Below the pieces are notes generated by a model. It ran no database searches. It had not been told where the DNA came from and worked only from the letters and a program-made list of their open reading frames with translations. A stretch of 64,000 nucleotides of DNA from an uncultured Ruminococcus sp. Lineage in GTDB: Bacteria; Bacillota; Clostridia; Oscillospirales; Ruminococcaceae. Shown piece by piece: positions 18,458 through 28,123 of this stretch. Made by a program: the position numbers and the translations under genes. The stretch lies in contig CAMKMD010000014.1 in the NCBI GenBank assembly GCA_946413815.1, positions 1,048 to 65,047 of the forward strand. Direction: 5' to 3'. Each line of letters starts with the position of its first letter. Positions within the stretch are counted from its first letter, which is position 1.

Positions 18458-19987
18458 ATGTTCTTTGAGAAAACGATCAGACGTGCGGCTTCAATGATGA
18501 TGGCCGTCCTGCTCACAGGCGGGGCGATGTCAACACTGACCTCCGCAACGATGCTGAATGCCGGAACTACCGAAGATACTGCACCGACGGAAGCAGCTTC
18601 CGTGAGCGCAGAGGAAATGGAAAAGACGGCAGAGAGCGACAGATCCGGCTGGTACAAGGCGGAGCTCTCAGAGTACGATGACAGTATGTCTCTTATCAGC
18701 TATGAGACCTCACCGGAATCCGGAGAGGTAACGGATAAGAGCTTAAAGAAGAAATCAGCGGGCCCGACGCCTGTCGAGCTCAATGTTACCGGCGGCTATG
18801 TGGGGGATATACCCTTCCTTGAGAGTGAGCCGGTCATAGAGTCCATCCCCGGAAAGTTCGGAGTCGTTACCTACGGCTGGGGACACGGTGTAGGACTCAG
18901 CCAGAACGGCGCGAACTTCTATGCGTCCTACAGCAACTGGACCTATCAGGACATCCTCTTCCATTACTATCCCGGCACCTACCTTATGGATACCGGAGAG
19001 GGCGAGGAGGAGCGCATAACCATCGACGGAGTGGAAGGCGATGTGGTATCACAGATCTCACGTATCGTATTCAACGAAGTCGGCGGCTCAATGCACTATG
19101 AAGCCATCAAGGCACAGGCGGTAGCGGTATACACCTACTGCAAGTACCACGGCAACGATTCTGCCGATCTCCGCGGAAAGCCCAACCCGCCTTCGATAGT
19201 CATCGATGCGGTTAAGGAAGTCCTCGGACAGGCTCTCTATTATAACGACAGCTTCGCGCTGACCATGTTCTCTGCATCCAGCGGAGGCATCACAGCCAAC
19301 TGCTATGAGGTATTCTGGGCAGATCTTCCATACCTCAGGAGCGTATCCAGCGACTATGACGCTGCTTATGATCCCCACTACGGAACAGTCACCTATATCG
19401 ATGACTTCCAGCTCAGGAACCTGATACAGGGCGCATACGGTATACGTCTTTCAGACGACCCGACAAAATGGATACAGCCGACCTATTCCGAACAGACGGG
19501 ATATGTTACATACGTCAATATCGACGATCAGAAGACCGTCAAGGGCTATGAGTTCAAAATGGATATCGGCCTGAAGTCCTCCAAGTTCAATATCTACTAC
19601 ACCCCGAGACCGGAAGGCGAGGAGATACCGGATATGGCATCACCGACGGAGGTGGTAGATCCCGAGAGTGGAGGAATACCGGTATTCAGCTATCCGAACT
19701 ACAACGAGGACGGCAACTACTACATCCCGCCCGAGCTTGAAGAGCCTACGGAGGAAGAAACGGAAGAACCCACTGAGGAGGAGACGACGGAGGAGCCCAC
19801 AGAGGCACCTGCGGTCCCGGATTACAATGATCCTTCCTTCTGGGAGGGTATGCCGGTACAGCCGGAGGATCCGACTGAGCCGCCCACGGAGTATACCGAG
19901 CCCGAGCAATATTACAACGAAGAGCAGTATAACGACTGGCAGTCCGACTGGACCGACGGCAGTTACGATTACGGATACGGCTATTAA
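18458..19987 (+). CDS. SpoIID/LytB-domain protein with acidic and aromatic C-terminal tail
   Basis: Signal-like N-terminus. GWGHGVGLSQNGANFYA and MFSASSGGITAN motifs of the SpoIID family. RBS aaaggag. Confidence 0.8.
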   Translation: MFFEKTIRRAASMMMAVLLTGGAMSTLTSATMLNAGTTEDTAPTEAASVSAEEMEKTAESDRSGWYKAELSEYDDSMSLISYETSPESGEVTDKSLKKKSAGPTPVELNVTGGYVGDIPFLESEPVIESIPGKFGVVTYGWGHGVGLSQNGANFYASYSNWTYQDILFHYYPGTYLMDTGEGEEERITIDGVEGDVVSQISRIVFNEVGGSMHYEAIKAQAVAVYTYCKYHGNDSADLRGKPNPPSIVIDAVKEVLGQALYYNDSFALTMFSASSGGITANCYEVFWADLPYLRSVSSDYDAAYDPHYGTVTYIDDFQLRNLIQGAYGIRLSDDPTKWIQPTYSEQTGYVTYVNIDDQKTVKGYEFKMDIGLKSSKFNIYYTPRPEGEEIPDMASPTEVVDPESGGIPVFSYPNYNEDGNYYIPPELEEPTEEETEEPTEEETTEEPTEAPAVPDYNDPSFWEGMPVQPEDPTEPPTEYTEPEQYYNEEQYNDWQSDWTDGSYDYGYGY

Positions 19988-19992
19988 ATCAG

Positions 19993-20040
19993 AGAGCCGC
20001 AGCTTCTCCGCCATGGAGAAAAGCTGCGGCTCTTTATATT
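19993..20040 (+). terminator. Rho-independent terminator
   Basis: 13-bp stem agagccgcagctt/aagctgcggctct with inner ctcc/ggag pairing, then ttatatt. Confidence 0.75.
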
Positions 20041-20349
20041 AATGCAGAATTATCAGCGATAGATCAGCCCTTAGCCCGGTATCACCTGACAGAGAGAAGA
20101 AACAGGTGCGGTGGTGAAAAAGGGAAGTGAAGTGTAAACCGGCGGCAGATGCGAGACAGAACTGAGCAGACGATAAACAGGAAAAGATGATACATTTATA
20201 TACCTATGCAATAAAAAGGTGAATTTTTCCAAATGGCATCTATATGTAAGTATCCGGCACCGGAGCAGTATCCGTCCTTACGGGAGGGAAGAAACCGTCT
20301 TTGGGGTGAAGGATAACAGCATTGTTACCGCCTGCCGGCAAAGAAAAAA

Positions 20350-20411
20350 GTGAACAGCACAGGTATTCCGCGGCGACGGACTGAAGCCCGGGACATACCT
20401 GTGCTGTTCAC
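20350..20411 (-). other. Long perfect hairpin, terminator-like in the minus orientation
   Basis: 17-bp arms gtgaacagcacaggtat (20350-20366) and atacctgtgctgttcac (20395-20411), 28-nt loop. An A-run at 20342-20349 gives a T-run after the hairpin on the minus strand. Confidence 0.35.
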
Positions 20412-20664
20412 TGTTATCTTACGTTTGCTTCTGCCTGTATATCAAAATGTACAAAGGAAAGAATCACCTTTTCAACATCACAGGCGATGGAGGGTGGAAA
20501 ATTTACCCGTTTTTTCAAAAATCAATGTTCAGGTGGCGATTTTGGGTGATGAAAGGTGAAAAAGCAGAACAAACGTTCACGAAACATACGTTTTATTTTT
20601 GCAAAATTGTGCAACTTGCCCAAAATATCTGTAAAAGCCGGTTTAGAATTGTAAGCCTCAGGGC

Positions 20665-20693
20665 TTGCATTGTCTCTTTCGATGCTGTATAAT
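20665..20693 (+). promoter_or_regulatory. SigA-type promoter of the dcw cluster (mraZ)
   Basis: TTGCAT (20665-20670), 17-nt spacer, TATAAT (20688-20693). Confidence 0.55.
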
Positions 20694-20786
20694 ATCTTTA
20701 GAGGTAAAAACTGGTGATGAGATGTAACCAGGAGTCATTCAGAGGTGAAATTAGGAACTAAGTTGAAGGAAAGCGGGGCGAAGAGC

Positions 20787-21218
20787 ATGAAAGAGCCGTT
20801 GTACGGTACTTATAATCCGAGTATCGACTCAAAGGGCCGCATGAGCTTCCCTACAAAGCTCCGCGATATCCTCGGCGCGGAATTCTATCTTTGCATCGGA
20901 CATGACAACAGCTACATCGCAGTTTACTCTCCCGAAGAGTTTGATAAATACTGTGAAAAGCTCCAAACCATAACCGGAGAGATCGGCACTGCGCTCAGAA
21001 GAGAGCTTTTAGCAGGCGCCGATAAGCAGGTACCCGACAAGCAGGGAAGAATATTCCTTGCACAGCATCTGAGAGAATTTGCCGGCATCACCGATGAGGT
21101 GACCGTAGTCGGTGCGCTCCACAAGGCTGAGATCTGGGATACCAAGACCTATCAGAAAGTCAGGGGAACTGTTGATCCTGACGCGAAGAAGGCTGCACTT
21201 GCCGGCATGATGCTCTGA
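20787..21218 (+). CDS. mraZ: Transcriptional regulator MraZ
   Basis: YGTYNPSIDSKGRMSFPTKLRDIL and second repeat VPDKQGRIFLAQHLREFA (two SpoVT/AbrB-like halves). The GTG at 20745 adds an atypical 14-aa extension. Confidence 0.9.
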   Translation: MKEPLYGTYNPSIDSKGRMSFPTKLRDILGAEFYLCIGHDNSYIAVYSPEEFDKYCEKLQTITGEIGTALRRELLAGADKQVPDKQGRIFLAQHLREFAGITDEVTVVGALHKAEIWDTKTYQKVRGTVDPDAKKAALAGMML

Positions 21219-21359
21219 GAAATACAGATACACTATAGTATTATAGCATATCTGTGTCAATTTGTCAATAGGCATATCAAAGGCTCACGGAAAGAGCGGC
21301 GGCTGCCGTATGGCGGCTTCTCTGTTTTCTGAGGGCAGATGGAGTATAAGGAGATCACA

Positions 21360-22310
21360 ATGGAATTCAAACATATTCCTGTACTGCTGAATGAATCTCT
21401 CGACGGTCTTGCACTGCGTCCCGACGGGGTGTATGTGGACTGTACGGCGGGCGGCGGCGGTCATTCCTCAGCAATAGCCGAAAGGCTGAAGGCTATGGGA
21501 GGCACCGGCAGGCTGATATCGCTTGACAGGGATCCGGATGCAGTTGCGGCGGCAACAGAACGTCTCAGGGGGTACGATAATGCGAAGGTTATACACCGGA
21601 ACTATTCGGAACTGAGAAGTGTACTTGATGAACTTGGGATAGAGGCTCTTGACGGAGTCCTTATGGATCTTGGGGTGTCGTCGTATCAGCTTGACGAAGG
21701 AAGCAGAGGCTTTTCCTATCACAGTGAAGCGCCGCTGGATATGCGGATGAGCCGTGAAGGAACGAGCGCAGCGGATATCGTCAATACCTTCAGCGAGCAG
21801 CAGCTTGCAGATATCATCTTTGAATACGGCGAGGAGAAATTCTCAAGACGTATCGCAGCCGGTATCGTGAAGGCAAGGAGCGAAGCCCCTGTGGAAACAA
21901 CGCTTCAGCTTGCGGATATAATCCGTGAATGCGTTCCGCAGAAGGCAAGGAGAGAGAAGAATCCATGTAAAAAAACCTTTCAGGCATTGAGGATAGCAGT
22001 GAACTGCGAGTTCGACCACCTTTCAAAGGGACTCGACGAAGCATTCTACAGCCTTAAGCCGGGCGGCAGACTTGCCGTCATTACCTTCCATTCGCTGGAG
22101 GACAGGCTTGTGAAGCAGCGCTTTGCAGGCTGGTGCAGGGGATGTATATGTCCGCCTGACTTTCCGCAGTGCGTATGCGGAAGAAAACCAGAGGGAGCCC
22201 TCGTGAACCGCAAGCCCATTGAGGCTGCGCCGGAGGAGCTTGACAACAACAACAGAAGCAGAAGTGCAAAACTGAGAGTGATCGAAAGGAAAGCAGAGTG
22301 CGATGACTGA
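21360..22310 (+). CDS. rsmH: 16S rRNA (cytosine1402-N4)-methyltransferase RsmH
   Basis: HIPVLLNE..., DCTAGGGGHS, DLGVSSYQLD, ITFHSLEDRLVK. RBS aaggaga before the ATG at 21360. Confidence 0.9.
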   Translation: MEFKHIPVLLNESLDGLALRPDGVYVDCTAGGGGHSSAIAERLKAMGGTGRLISLDRDPDAVAAATERLRGYDNAKVIHRNYSELRSVLDELGIEALDGVLMDLGVSSYQLDEGSRGFSYHSEAPLDMRMSREGTSAADIVNTFSEQQLADIIFEYGEEKFSRRIAAGIVKARSEAPVETTLQLADIIRECVPQKARREKNPCKKTFQALRIAVNCEFDHLSKGLDEAFYSLKPGGRLAVITFHSLEDRLVKQRFAGWCRGCICPPDFPQCVCGRKPEGALVNRKPIEAAPEELDNNNRSRSAKLRVIERKAECDD

Positions 22311-22857
22311 CAGAAATCCTGCCTACGACGTTTTCGATGAAGATCGGAACGGCCGTGAGGAAGAACCTCAGAGCCTTGCCATAACGGCAAGTGTTGTGCA
22401 GACATCTGACAGTCCGGAGAGTGCACCCGCAGAGCCGGCGGCAGAGACAGCGGCGGGCGAAGCGGCGGCGGAGCCTGAAGAAGGCGGAACAGGTGCCGGA
22501 GCTGTGCTATTGGTCATTCTGATCTCTCTGATGGCAGCAGCGTTGCTGGCAGGAGTTATAATAAGCTATAACAGGCGCAACAGTATATATAACGAGATAA
22601 ATGAAAAGACCGCTGCGCTGAATCTTGCACAGGCAGAAAACGTAAGACTGCAATCTGAACTGGAGAGTAAGATGTCTGCAAAGAACGTCGAGGACTATGC
22701 AGAGAATGTACTGAAGATGAGAAAGATAGATTCATCACAGATAAAGTACATAAAGATACAGACCGAAGACGTTGTAAGCATTCCCGAGCAGGACGACGGT
22801 GTCCTTTCAAGAATAAAGGACTTCCTGAGTGACATCGTGGAATATTTCAGAGGGTAG
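22303..22857 (+). CDS. ftsL: FtsL-like cell-division protein
   Basis: Position after rsmH (8-nt overlap). Acidic N-terminus, single TM VLLVILISLMAAALLAGVII, coiled coil NLAQAENVRLQSELE. Confidence 0.6.
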   Translation: MTDRNPAYDVFDEDRNGREEEPQSLAITASVVQTSDSPESAPAEPAAETAAGEAAAEPEEGGTGAGAVLLVILISLMAAALLAGVIISYNRRNSIYNEINEKTAALNLAQAENVRLQSELESKMSAKNVEDYAENVLKMRKIDSSQIKYIKIQTEDVVSIPEQDDGVLSRIKDFLSDIVEYFRG

Positions 22858-23195
22858 CGCAAATATAAATATAATAAAGAAGCTGCCCGGGATAACAAAA
22901 GATCAATAACGGCAAGAGAATATATAAGCCGTTGATAGTAGAACACCGGAGATCTAAACGAGTGTATGTGAACGGGATCATCCCCCCGGTCCGGCCGACC
23001 GGGCCGGGTGCGGGTGGTTCCAGCCATTATAAACTTCGTCGATCAAGACAATGAAGAACATCATAAAAAATAAAGAAGATGTTCAAAAGGCGGGGCAGCA
23101 TTGTTACCCTGCCTTATTCTATTATATGAGCCACGAAAGCAACAGGGCCCTGCGGTCCTGACAGATATACCGGTCATCCGGGAGGGGATGAGACC

Positions 23196-25526
23196 ATGAA
23201 CGAGAGAGAGATACCTTCAAGATCAATGAAGAAAAGGACACGGTACCTTATGACCATCGTGTTCTTTGTGCTGTTTGCGATAGTCGCAGGCAACTTCTTC
23301 AAGATCTCGGTAATAGAAAACAAGCGGTATCAGGCGATGGCCAACAACCAGCATTTCGGTGCCATAACCATACCCGCACACAGAGGAACGATCTATGACT
23401 GCAACAACGTGACCCTCGCCAAGAGTGCCACGGTATACCGTGTCTTCCTTGATCCGGAGCGCTTCCGCAGTGAGATGGAGGCACTCCAGACGAGTATAGA
23501 CCGCCGCAATGCCGAGAAAGCCAAGGGCACCTATGTACCCAAGCTCGATGAAGACGGCAACGAGCTCTATCCGCTGCCCCAGTCATCCTTCTTCTTCCGC
23601 CAGGAGGCAGTAGCGCTCCTGTCTGAGAAGCTCGGCATCAGCAAGGAGAAGGTCGATGCGGCGATGGAGGAGAACAGCCAGTACAGCGTCCTCCAGAATC
23701 AGGTTGAGAAGCCTGTTGCAGACGAGGTGCAGGCGATGTTCACCAAGTACGGCTTCACCTGCCTCAATCTCGAGGAGGATACCAAGAGGTACTACCCGCA
23801 GAACCAGCTTGCCGCATCCGTTATCGGATTCACCAGCGGCAGCGGCGACGGTGTGTACGGCCTTGAAGCCAAGTATGATGACTACCTTGCCGGTATCGAC
23901 GGCAAGACCATATCCGCGAAGGATTCCAACGGCAACGAGCTGCCCTACAGATATTCCAAGACCTATTCCGCCAAGAACGGCGATGATGTATATCTCACCA
24001 TAGATATGAACATCCAGTACTACCTCGAGAAGCACCTTGAGGAAATGGGAAAGAAGTTCAACGTAGCCAACCGCTCCTGTGCAATACTTATGAACGCCAA
24101 GACCGGAGCTATATACGGTATGGCGACCTATCCCGGCTTCGATCCCAACCAGCCGCAGATAATCTCCGACGAGAGGATAGTTGCACAGCTCCAGTCCATG
24201 TCTGAGGAGTTGAGAACGAAGCGTGAGGAGGAAGCAAGGGAGAACCAGTACCGGAACAAGTGCATAAGCGAGGTTTACGAGCCTGGTTCAGTATTCAAGG
24301 TGTTCACCAGCGCATCGGCCATCGAGGAGAGTGTAATAGACATCAATACCTATACCTTCGACTGTGAGGGCTTCACGAATGTTGACGGAGAGATAATCCG
24401 CTGCCACGAATTGGGCGGACATCATCTCGAGACCTTCCAGCAGGGCCTGACCAATTCCTGTAACCCGGTGTTCATGGATCTCGGCTTCAGGCTCGGCATC
24501 AAAAAGTTCTGCTACTACTTCAAAGCCTTCGGCTTCAATTCAATGACCGGCATAGACCTGCCCGCTGAGGTAACGGGCAGAGGCCATGATGAAGCGACCA
24601 TGATGAATGTGGATCTCGCGGTAGATTCATTCGGACAGGGCGAGACAGTGACACCTATCGAAGTAATAACTGCCTATGCTGCAGCGGTAAACGGAGGATA
24701 CCTCCTTCAGCCCTATGTGGTGGATCATATAGCGGATGAAGAGGGAAATATCGTCCTCCGCAACCAGCGTACAGTCAAAAGACAGGTAGTCTCCGAGGAT
24801 ACCTCAGCCAAGATGCGCGATGCTCTTGAAAAGGTAGTATCCGGCAACGGCGGCGGAAATGTTACCATCAAGGGCTATTCCATAGGCGGAAAGTCAGGTA
24901 CCTCCGAGCGACTCAGCGTAGGTTCGAAGGATCTCTACGGTGCATCCTATGTATGCTTCACACCTGCAAATGATCCGGAGCTTATACTCCTCGTACTTGC
25001 GGATATGCCTGATGTGAACATAGGCTACTACGGCTCACAGGTTGCAGTACCTACCGCCAGAGACATACTCACAGATGTACTGCCCTACCTCGGCTACTCA
25101 CCGGAGTATACCGACGAGGAACAGGAGAACCTTGATATCACGGTTCCGCTTCTTGAAGGCTCCATCACAGCCGCAAGAGAGACCATAGAAGCACTTGGCG
25201 GAAACGTAAAGGTCATCGGCAACGGTCCGACGGTAGTTGCACAGTCGCCTCTGACCGGTACCTCCATAGCCAAGGGCGGAACGGTATACCTCTACACTGA
25301 GGAATCACATACCTCAGATACGACCACGGTGCCCAGCTTCATAGGCCTGAGCCCGCAGGAGGCAAACGAGCGGCTTGCACTCTACGGCCTCAACTACGTG
25401 GCGGTAGGAGCATCGGTCAAGAACGAAAACGTAAAGGTTAACAGCCAGTCCGAGCCCGAGGGCAAGATTGTTGCCGTGGGCACGGCCATAGAGCTTGAAT
25501 TCATAGTCATAGCGAACCACGATTGA
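23196..25526 (+). CDS. Class B penicillin-binding protein (FtsI/PBP2B/SpoVD type) with two PASTA domains
   Basis: N-terminal TM. SxxK as SVFK, SxN as NSCN, KSG as GKSGTS. Two C-terminal PASTA-like repeats. Confidence 0.9.
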   Translation: MNEREIPSRSMKKRTRYLMTIVFFVLFAIVAGNFFKISVIENKRYQAMANNQHFGAITIPAHRGTIYDCNNVTLAKSATVYRVFLDPERFRSEMEALQTSIDRRNAEKAKGTYVPKLDEDGNELYPLPQSSFFFRQEAVALLSEKLGISKEKVDAAMEENSQYSVLQNQVEKPVADEVQAMFTKYGFTCLNLEEDTKRYYPQNQLAASVIGFTSGSGDGVYGLEAKYDDYLAGIDGKTISAKDSNGNELPYRYSKTYSAKNGDDVYLTIDMNIQYYLEKHLEEMGKKFNVANRSCAILMNAKTGAIYGMATYPGFDPNQPQIISDERIVAQLQSMSEELRTKREEEARENQYRNKCISEVYEPGSVFKVFTSASAIEESVIDINTYTFDCEGFTNVDGEIIRCHELGGHHLETFQQGLTNSCNPVFMDLGFRLGIKKFCYYFKAFGFNSMTGIDLPAEVTGRGHDEATMMNVDLAVDSFGQGETVTPIEVITAYAAAVNGGYLLQPYVVDHIADEEGNIVLRNQRTVKRQVVSEDTSAKMRDALEKVVSGNGGGNVTIKGYSIGGKSGTSERLSVGSKDLYGASYVCFTPANDPELILLVLADMPDVNIGYYGSQVAVPTARDILTDVLPYLGYSPEYTDEEQENLDITVPLLEGSITAARETIEALGGNVKVIGNGPTVVAQSPLTGTSIAKGGTVYLYTEESHTSDTTTVPSFIGLSPQEANERLALYGLNYVAVGASVKNENVKVNSQSEPEGKIVAVGTAIELEFIVIANHD

Positions 25527-25552
25527 CGGAAAAGAAAAAGGAGGATCACCAA

Positions 25553-26995
25553 ATGAAACTTACAGACCTTCTGGAAAACAACGCAGTCTGCGCTGACAGC
25601 ATTGCAGACTCAGAGATAACTTCAGTTACTGACAATACAAAAAACGTGCAGGAGGGCAGCCTCTTCTTCTGCGTTAAGGGCGGCAGCTTCGACGGCCATA
25701 CCGCTGCGGAAGAGATGCTTGAGAAGGGCGCAGCCGCAGTAGTGTGCGAGCATGACCTCGGTCTCGGCGACAGGCAGATACTCACGGAGAATTCCCGCTT
25801 CCTCTACGGAAAGGTATGCTCCGCCTGGTTCGGCCACCCCGAAAGAAAGATGAAGCTCATAGGCGTGACCGGCACCAACGGCAAGACCACCACGACGAGC
25901 GTCATCAAGCACATCCTTATGGATACCGGCCACAAGACCGGACTCGTCGGCACGATACAGAACGAGATAGGCGATACAGTCATCCATACAGAGAATACCA
26001 CCCCCCTGACCTTCGAGTTCATGGCGCTCCTTGACCGCATGGCAAAGGAGGGCTGCGAGTACGTGGTCATGGAGGTCAGCTCCTTCGGACTTGTACAGAA
26101 CCGCATCGGTGCCTCATGGTTCCGGACAGCGGTATTCACGAACCTTACCCAGGACCACCTTGATTATCACAAGGATATGGAGGATTACTATCAGGCAAAG
26201 AAGATGCTCTTCGATGTCTGTGACAAGGCGCTCATCAATATCGATGACTCCTACGGCAGAAGGCTTCTCGGTGAGGTCGGCTGCAGGAAGTACTCCTTCA
26301 GTGTGTGCGAGACTGCTGATTACTACGCTGACGGCATAAAGATAAAGTCCACCGGCAGCAGCTTCTGGCTGTGCAGCGGCGGCAAGTCCCACCTTGTAAG
26401 AACACCGATACCCGGAAAGTTCAATGTCTCAAACCTGACAGCAGCCATTGCGGTATGTCTTATGGAGGGCATTGCCCTTGATGATATCCTCAGGTCTGTT
26501 GCAGGCTACAACGGAGTCAAGGGACGCTGCGAGGTCATCCCCACCGGGCGCGACTTCACCGTTATATGCGATTATGCACATACTCCCGACGCCGTGGAGA
26601 ACATACTCCGCAGCGTAAAGGAATATACTGAAGGAAGACTGATATGTCTCTTCGGCTGCGGCGGAAACCGTGATGCTGCAAAGCGTCCGAAGATGGCAGC
26701 GGCGGCTGCAAAGTATGCTGACCACCTGATAGTTACCTCCGACAATCCCCGCAACGAGGAACCGGAGGCTATCATAAAGGATATACTCGCAGGACTTGAA
26801 AACTGCGATGTACCATATGATGTGGTAACTGACAGAAGAGAAGCAATATATCACGGCTTGCAAATTGCGGGAAAAGGTGATATAATAGTCCTTGCGGGCA
26901 AAGGCCATGAGGATTATCAGATACTCGCCGGCATGGAACATATCCATTTCGACGAGAGAGAGGTAGTCGCAGAGGGCCTTAAACTGCTGGACTGA
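25553..26995 (+). CDS. murE: UDP-MurNAc-L-Ala-D-Glu:meso-diaminopimelate ligase
   Basis: GVTGTNGKTTT P-loop. DNPR motif (TSDNPRNEEP) indicating the DAP type. RBS ggagg 8 nt before the ATG at 25553. Confidence 0.9.
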   Translation: MKLTDLLENNAVCADSIADSEITSVTDNTKNVQEGSLFFCVKGGSFDGHTAAEEMLEKGAAAVVCEHDLGLGDRQILTENSRFLYGKVCSAWFGHPERKMKLIGVTGTNGKTTTTSVIKHILMDTGHKTGLVGTIQNEIGDTVIHTENTTPLTFEFMALLDRMAKEGCEYVVMEVSSFGLVQNRIGASWFRTAVFTNLTQDHLDYHKDMEDYYQAKKMLFDVCDKALINIDDSYGRRLLGEVGCRKYSFSVCETADYYADGIKIKSTGSSFWLCSGGKSHLVRTPIPGKFNVSNLTAAIAVCLMEGIALDDILRSVAGYNGVKGRCEVIPTGRDFTVICDYAHTPDAVENILRSVKEYTEGRLICLFGCGGNRDAAKRPKMAAAAAKYADHLIVTSDNPRNEEPEAIIKDILAGLENCDVPYDVVTDRREAIYHGLQIAGKGDIIVLAGKGHEDYQILAGMEHIHFDEREVVAEGLKLLD

Positions 26996-27041
26996 CGGCA
27001 AAAGCCGCAGAATCTTTAAATAACAGGAGAAGTGTGAGTAA

Positions 27042-28082
27042 ATGTCATTCTGGGTAATAGATCTCGTTACAGCATTGTTATCATTCGCGATAGCCGGAGT
27101 ATCCGGTATATGGCTCGTGCCCTTCCTTCACAGGATAAAGTTCGGTCAGCCGATAAAGACTGAGGACGGACCGAAATGGCACGCCAAGAAGCAGGGTACA
27201 CCGACCATGGGCGGCTTCATGTTCATCATATCCACCGTAGCAGCTGCACTTGCGGGCTACTGGGTATACCGCCTCACGAATAACCCTGATGTTACGGCGA
27301 TCACAACACATCATGCCTTTTACAGGCTCCTCAGCTGCATAATATTCTCACTTCTGTTCGGCCTTATCGGCTTTATAGATGACTATACCAAGGTTGCAAG
27401 GAAGAACAACGACGGACTTTCCCCAATGCAGAAGATAGCTCTCCAGCTTGTATGCGCCGGAGGCTTCCTCCTCGCACTGTGGAAGTTCGGCGATTCCTCC
27501 ACACGCATCGACCTGGGCTTCTGGGTATCCCCGAAGCTGGGCATCTTCTACTATTTACTGATGATGGTAGTCATCATCTATCTCACCAACGCAGTTAATC
27601 TCACAGACGGAGTTGACGGCCTCTGCGGCTCAGTCACTGTCTGCTCCATGCTGATATTCACAGTATGCTGCTCGATACTCGGACAGAACGAACTCACTCT
27701 CTTCACTATGGCGCTTGCCGGCGGCTGTCTCGGTTTCCTGATATGGAACTTCAACCCCGCAAAGTGCTTCATGGGTGATACCGGTTCAATGTTCCTCGGA
27801 GCGGCAGTCACAGCAACGGGACTTGTCCTCCACAAGCATCTTCTTCTCCTCCTTGTGGCACTTGTGTACATCATCGAGGCTCTCTCGGTGGTTATACAGG
27901 TAGGCTACTTCAAGTATACAAAGAAGAAGTACGGCGAGGGAAGACGCATATTCAAGATGACACCTATCCACCATCACTTTGAGATGAGCGGATACAGCGA
28001 ATACAAGATAGTGATAACATTTTCGATAGCAGGCATTATTTTCGGAATCCTGGGAATAATGACATTAATGGCATTTGACTGA
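27042..28082 (+). CDS. mraY: Phospho-N-acetylmuramoyl-pentapeptide transferase
   Basis: PTMGG, NAVNLTDGVDGL, GDTGSMFLG and MTPIHHHFE motifs. Confidence 0.95.
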   Translation: MSFWVIDLVTALLSFAIAGVSGIWLVPFLHRIKFGQPIKTEDGPKWHAKKQGTPTMGGFMFIISTVAAALAGYWVYRLTNNPDVTAITTHHAFYRLLSCIIFSLLFGLIGFIDDYTKVARKNNDGLSPMQKIALQLVCAGGFLLALWKFGDSSTRIDLGFWVSPKLGIFYYLLMMVVIIYLTNAVNLTDGVDGLCGSVTVCSMLIFTVCCSILGQNELTLFTMALAGGCLGFLIWNFNPAKCFMGDTGSMFLGAAVTATGLVLHKHLLLLLVALVYIIEALSVVIQVGYFKYTKKKYGEGRRIFKMTPIHHHFEMSGYSEYKIVITFSIAGIIFGILGIMTLMAFD

Positions 28083-28123
28083 CAGCCGCAAAGCCGGCTG
28101 ACTTAAAGGAAGGGGAGGTCAGG

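Noticed and set aside
20317-20329. 13-mer cagcattgttacc shared with 23096-23108, both in dcw non-coding regions
   Set aside because: For a 64-kb window on both strands, tens of 13-mer coincidences are expected by chance. The flanks do not extend the match.
20350-20692. ORFs of 69 and 81 aa in the mraZ upstream region
   Set aside because: They have no RBS and odd Trp/Phe/Arg-rich composition, and one is centred on the long hairpin. The region is treated as non-coding.
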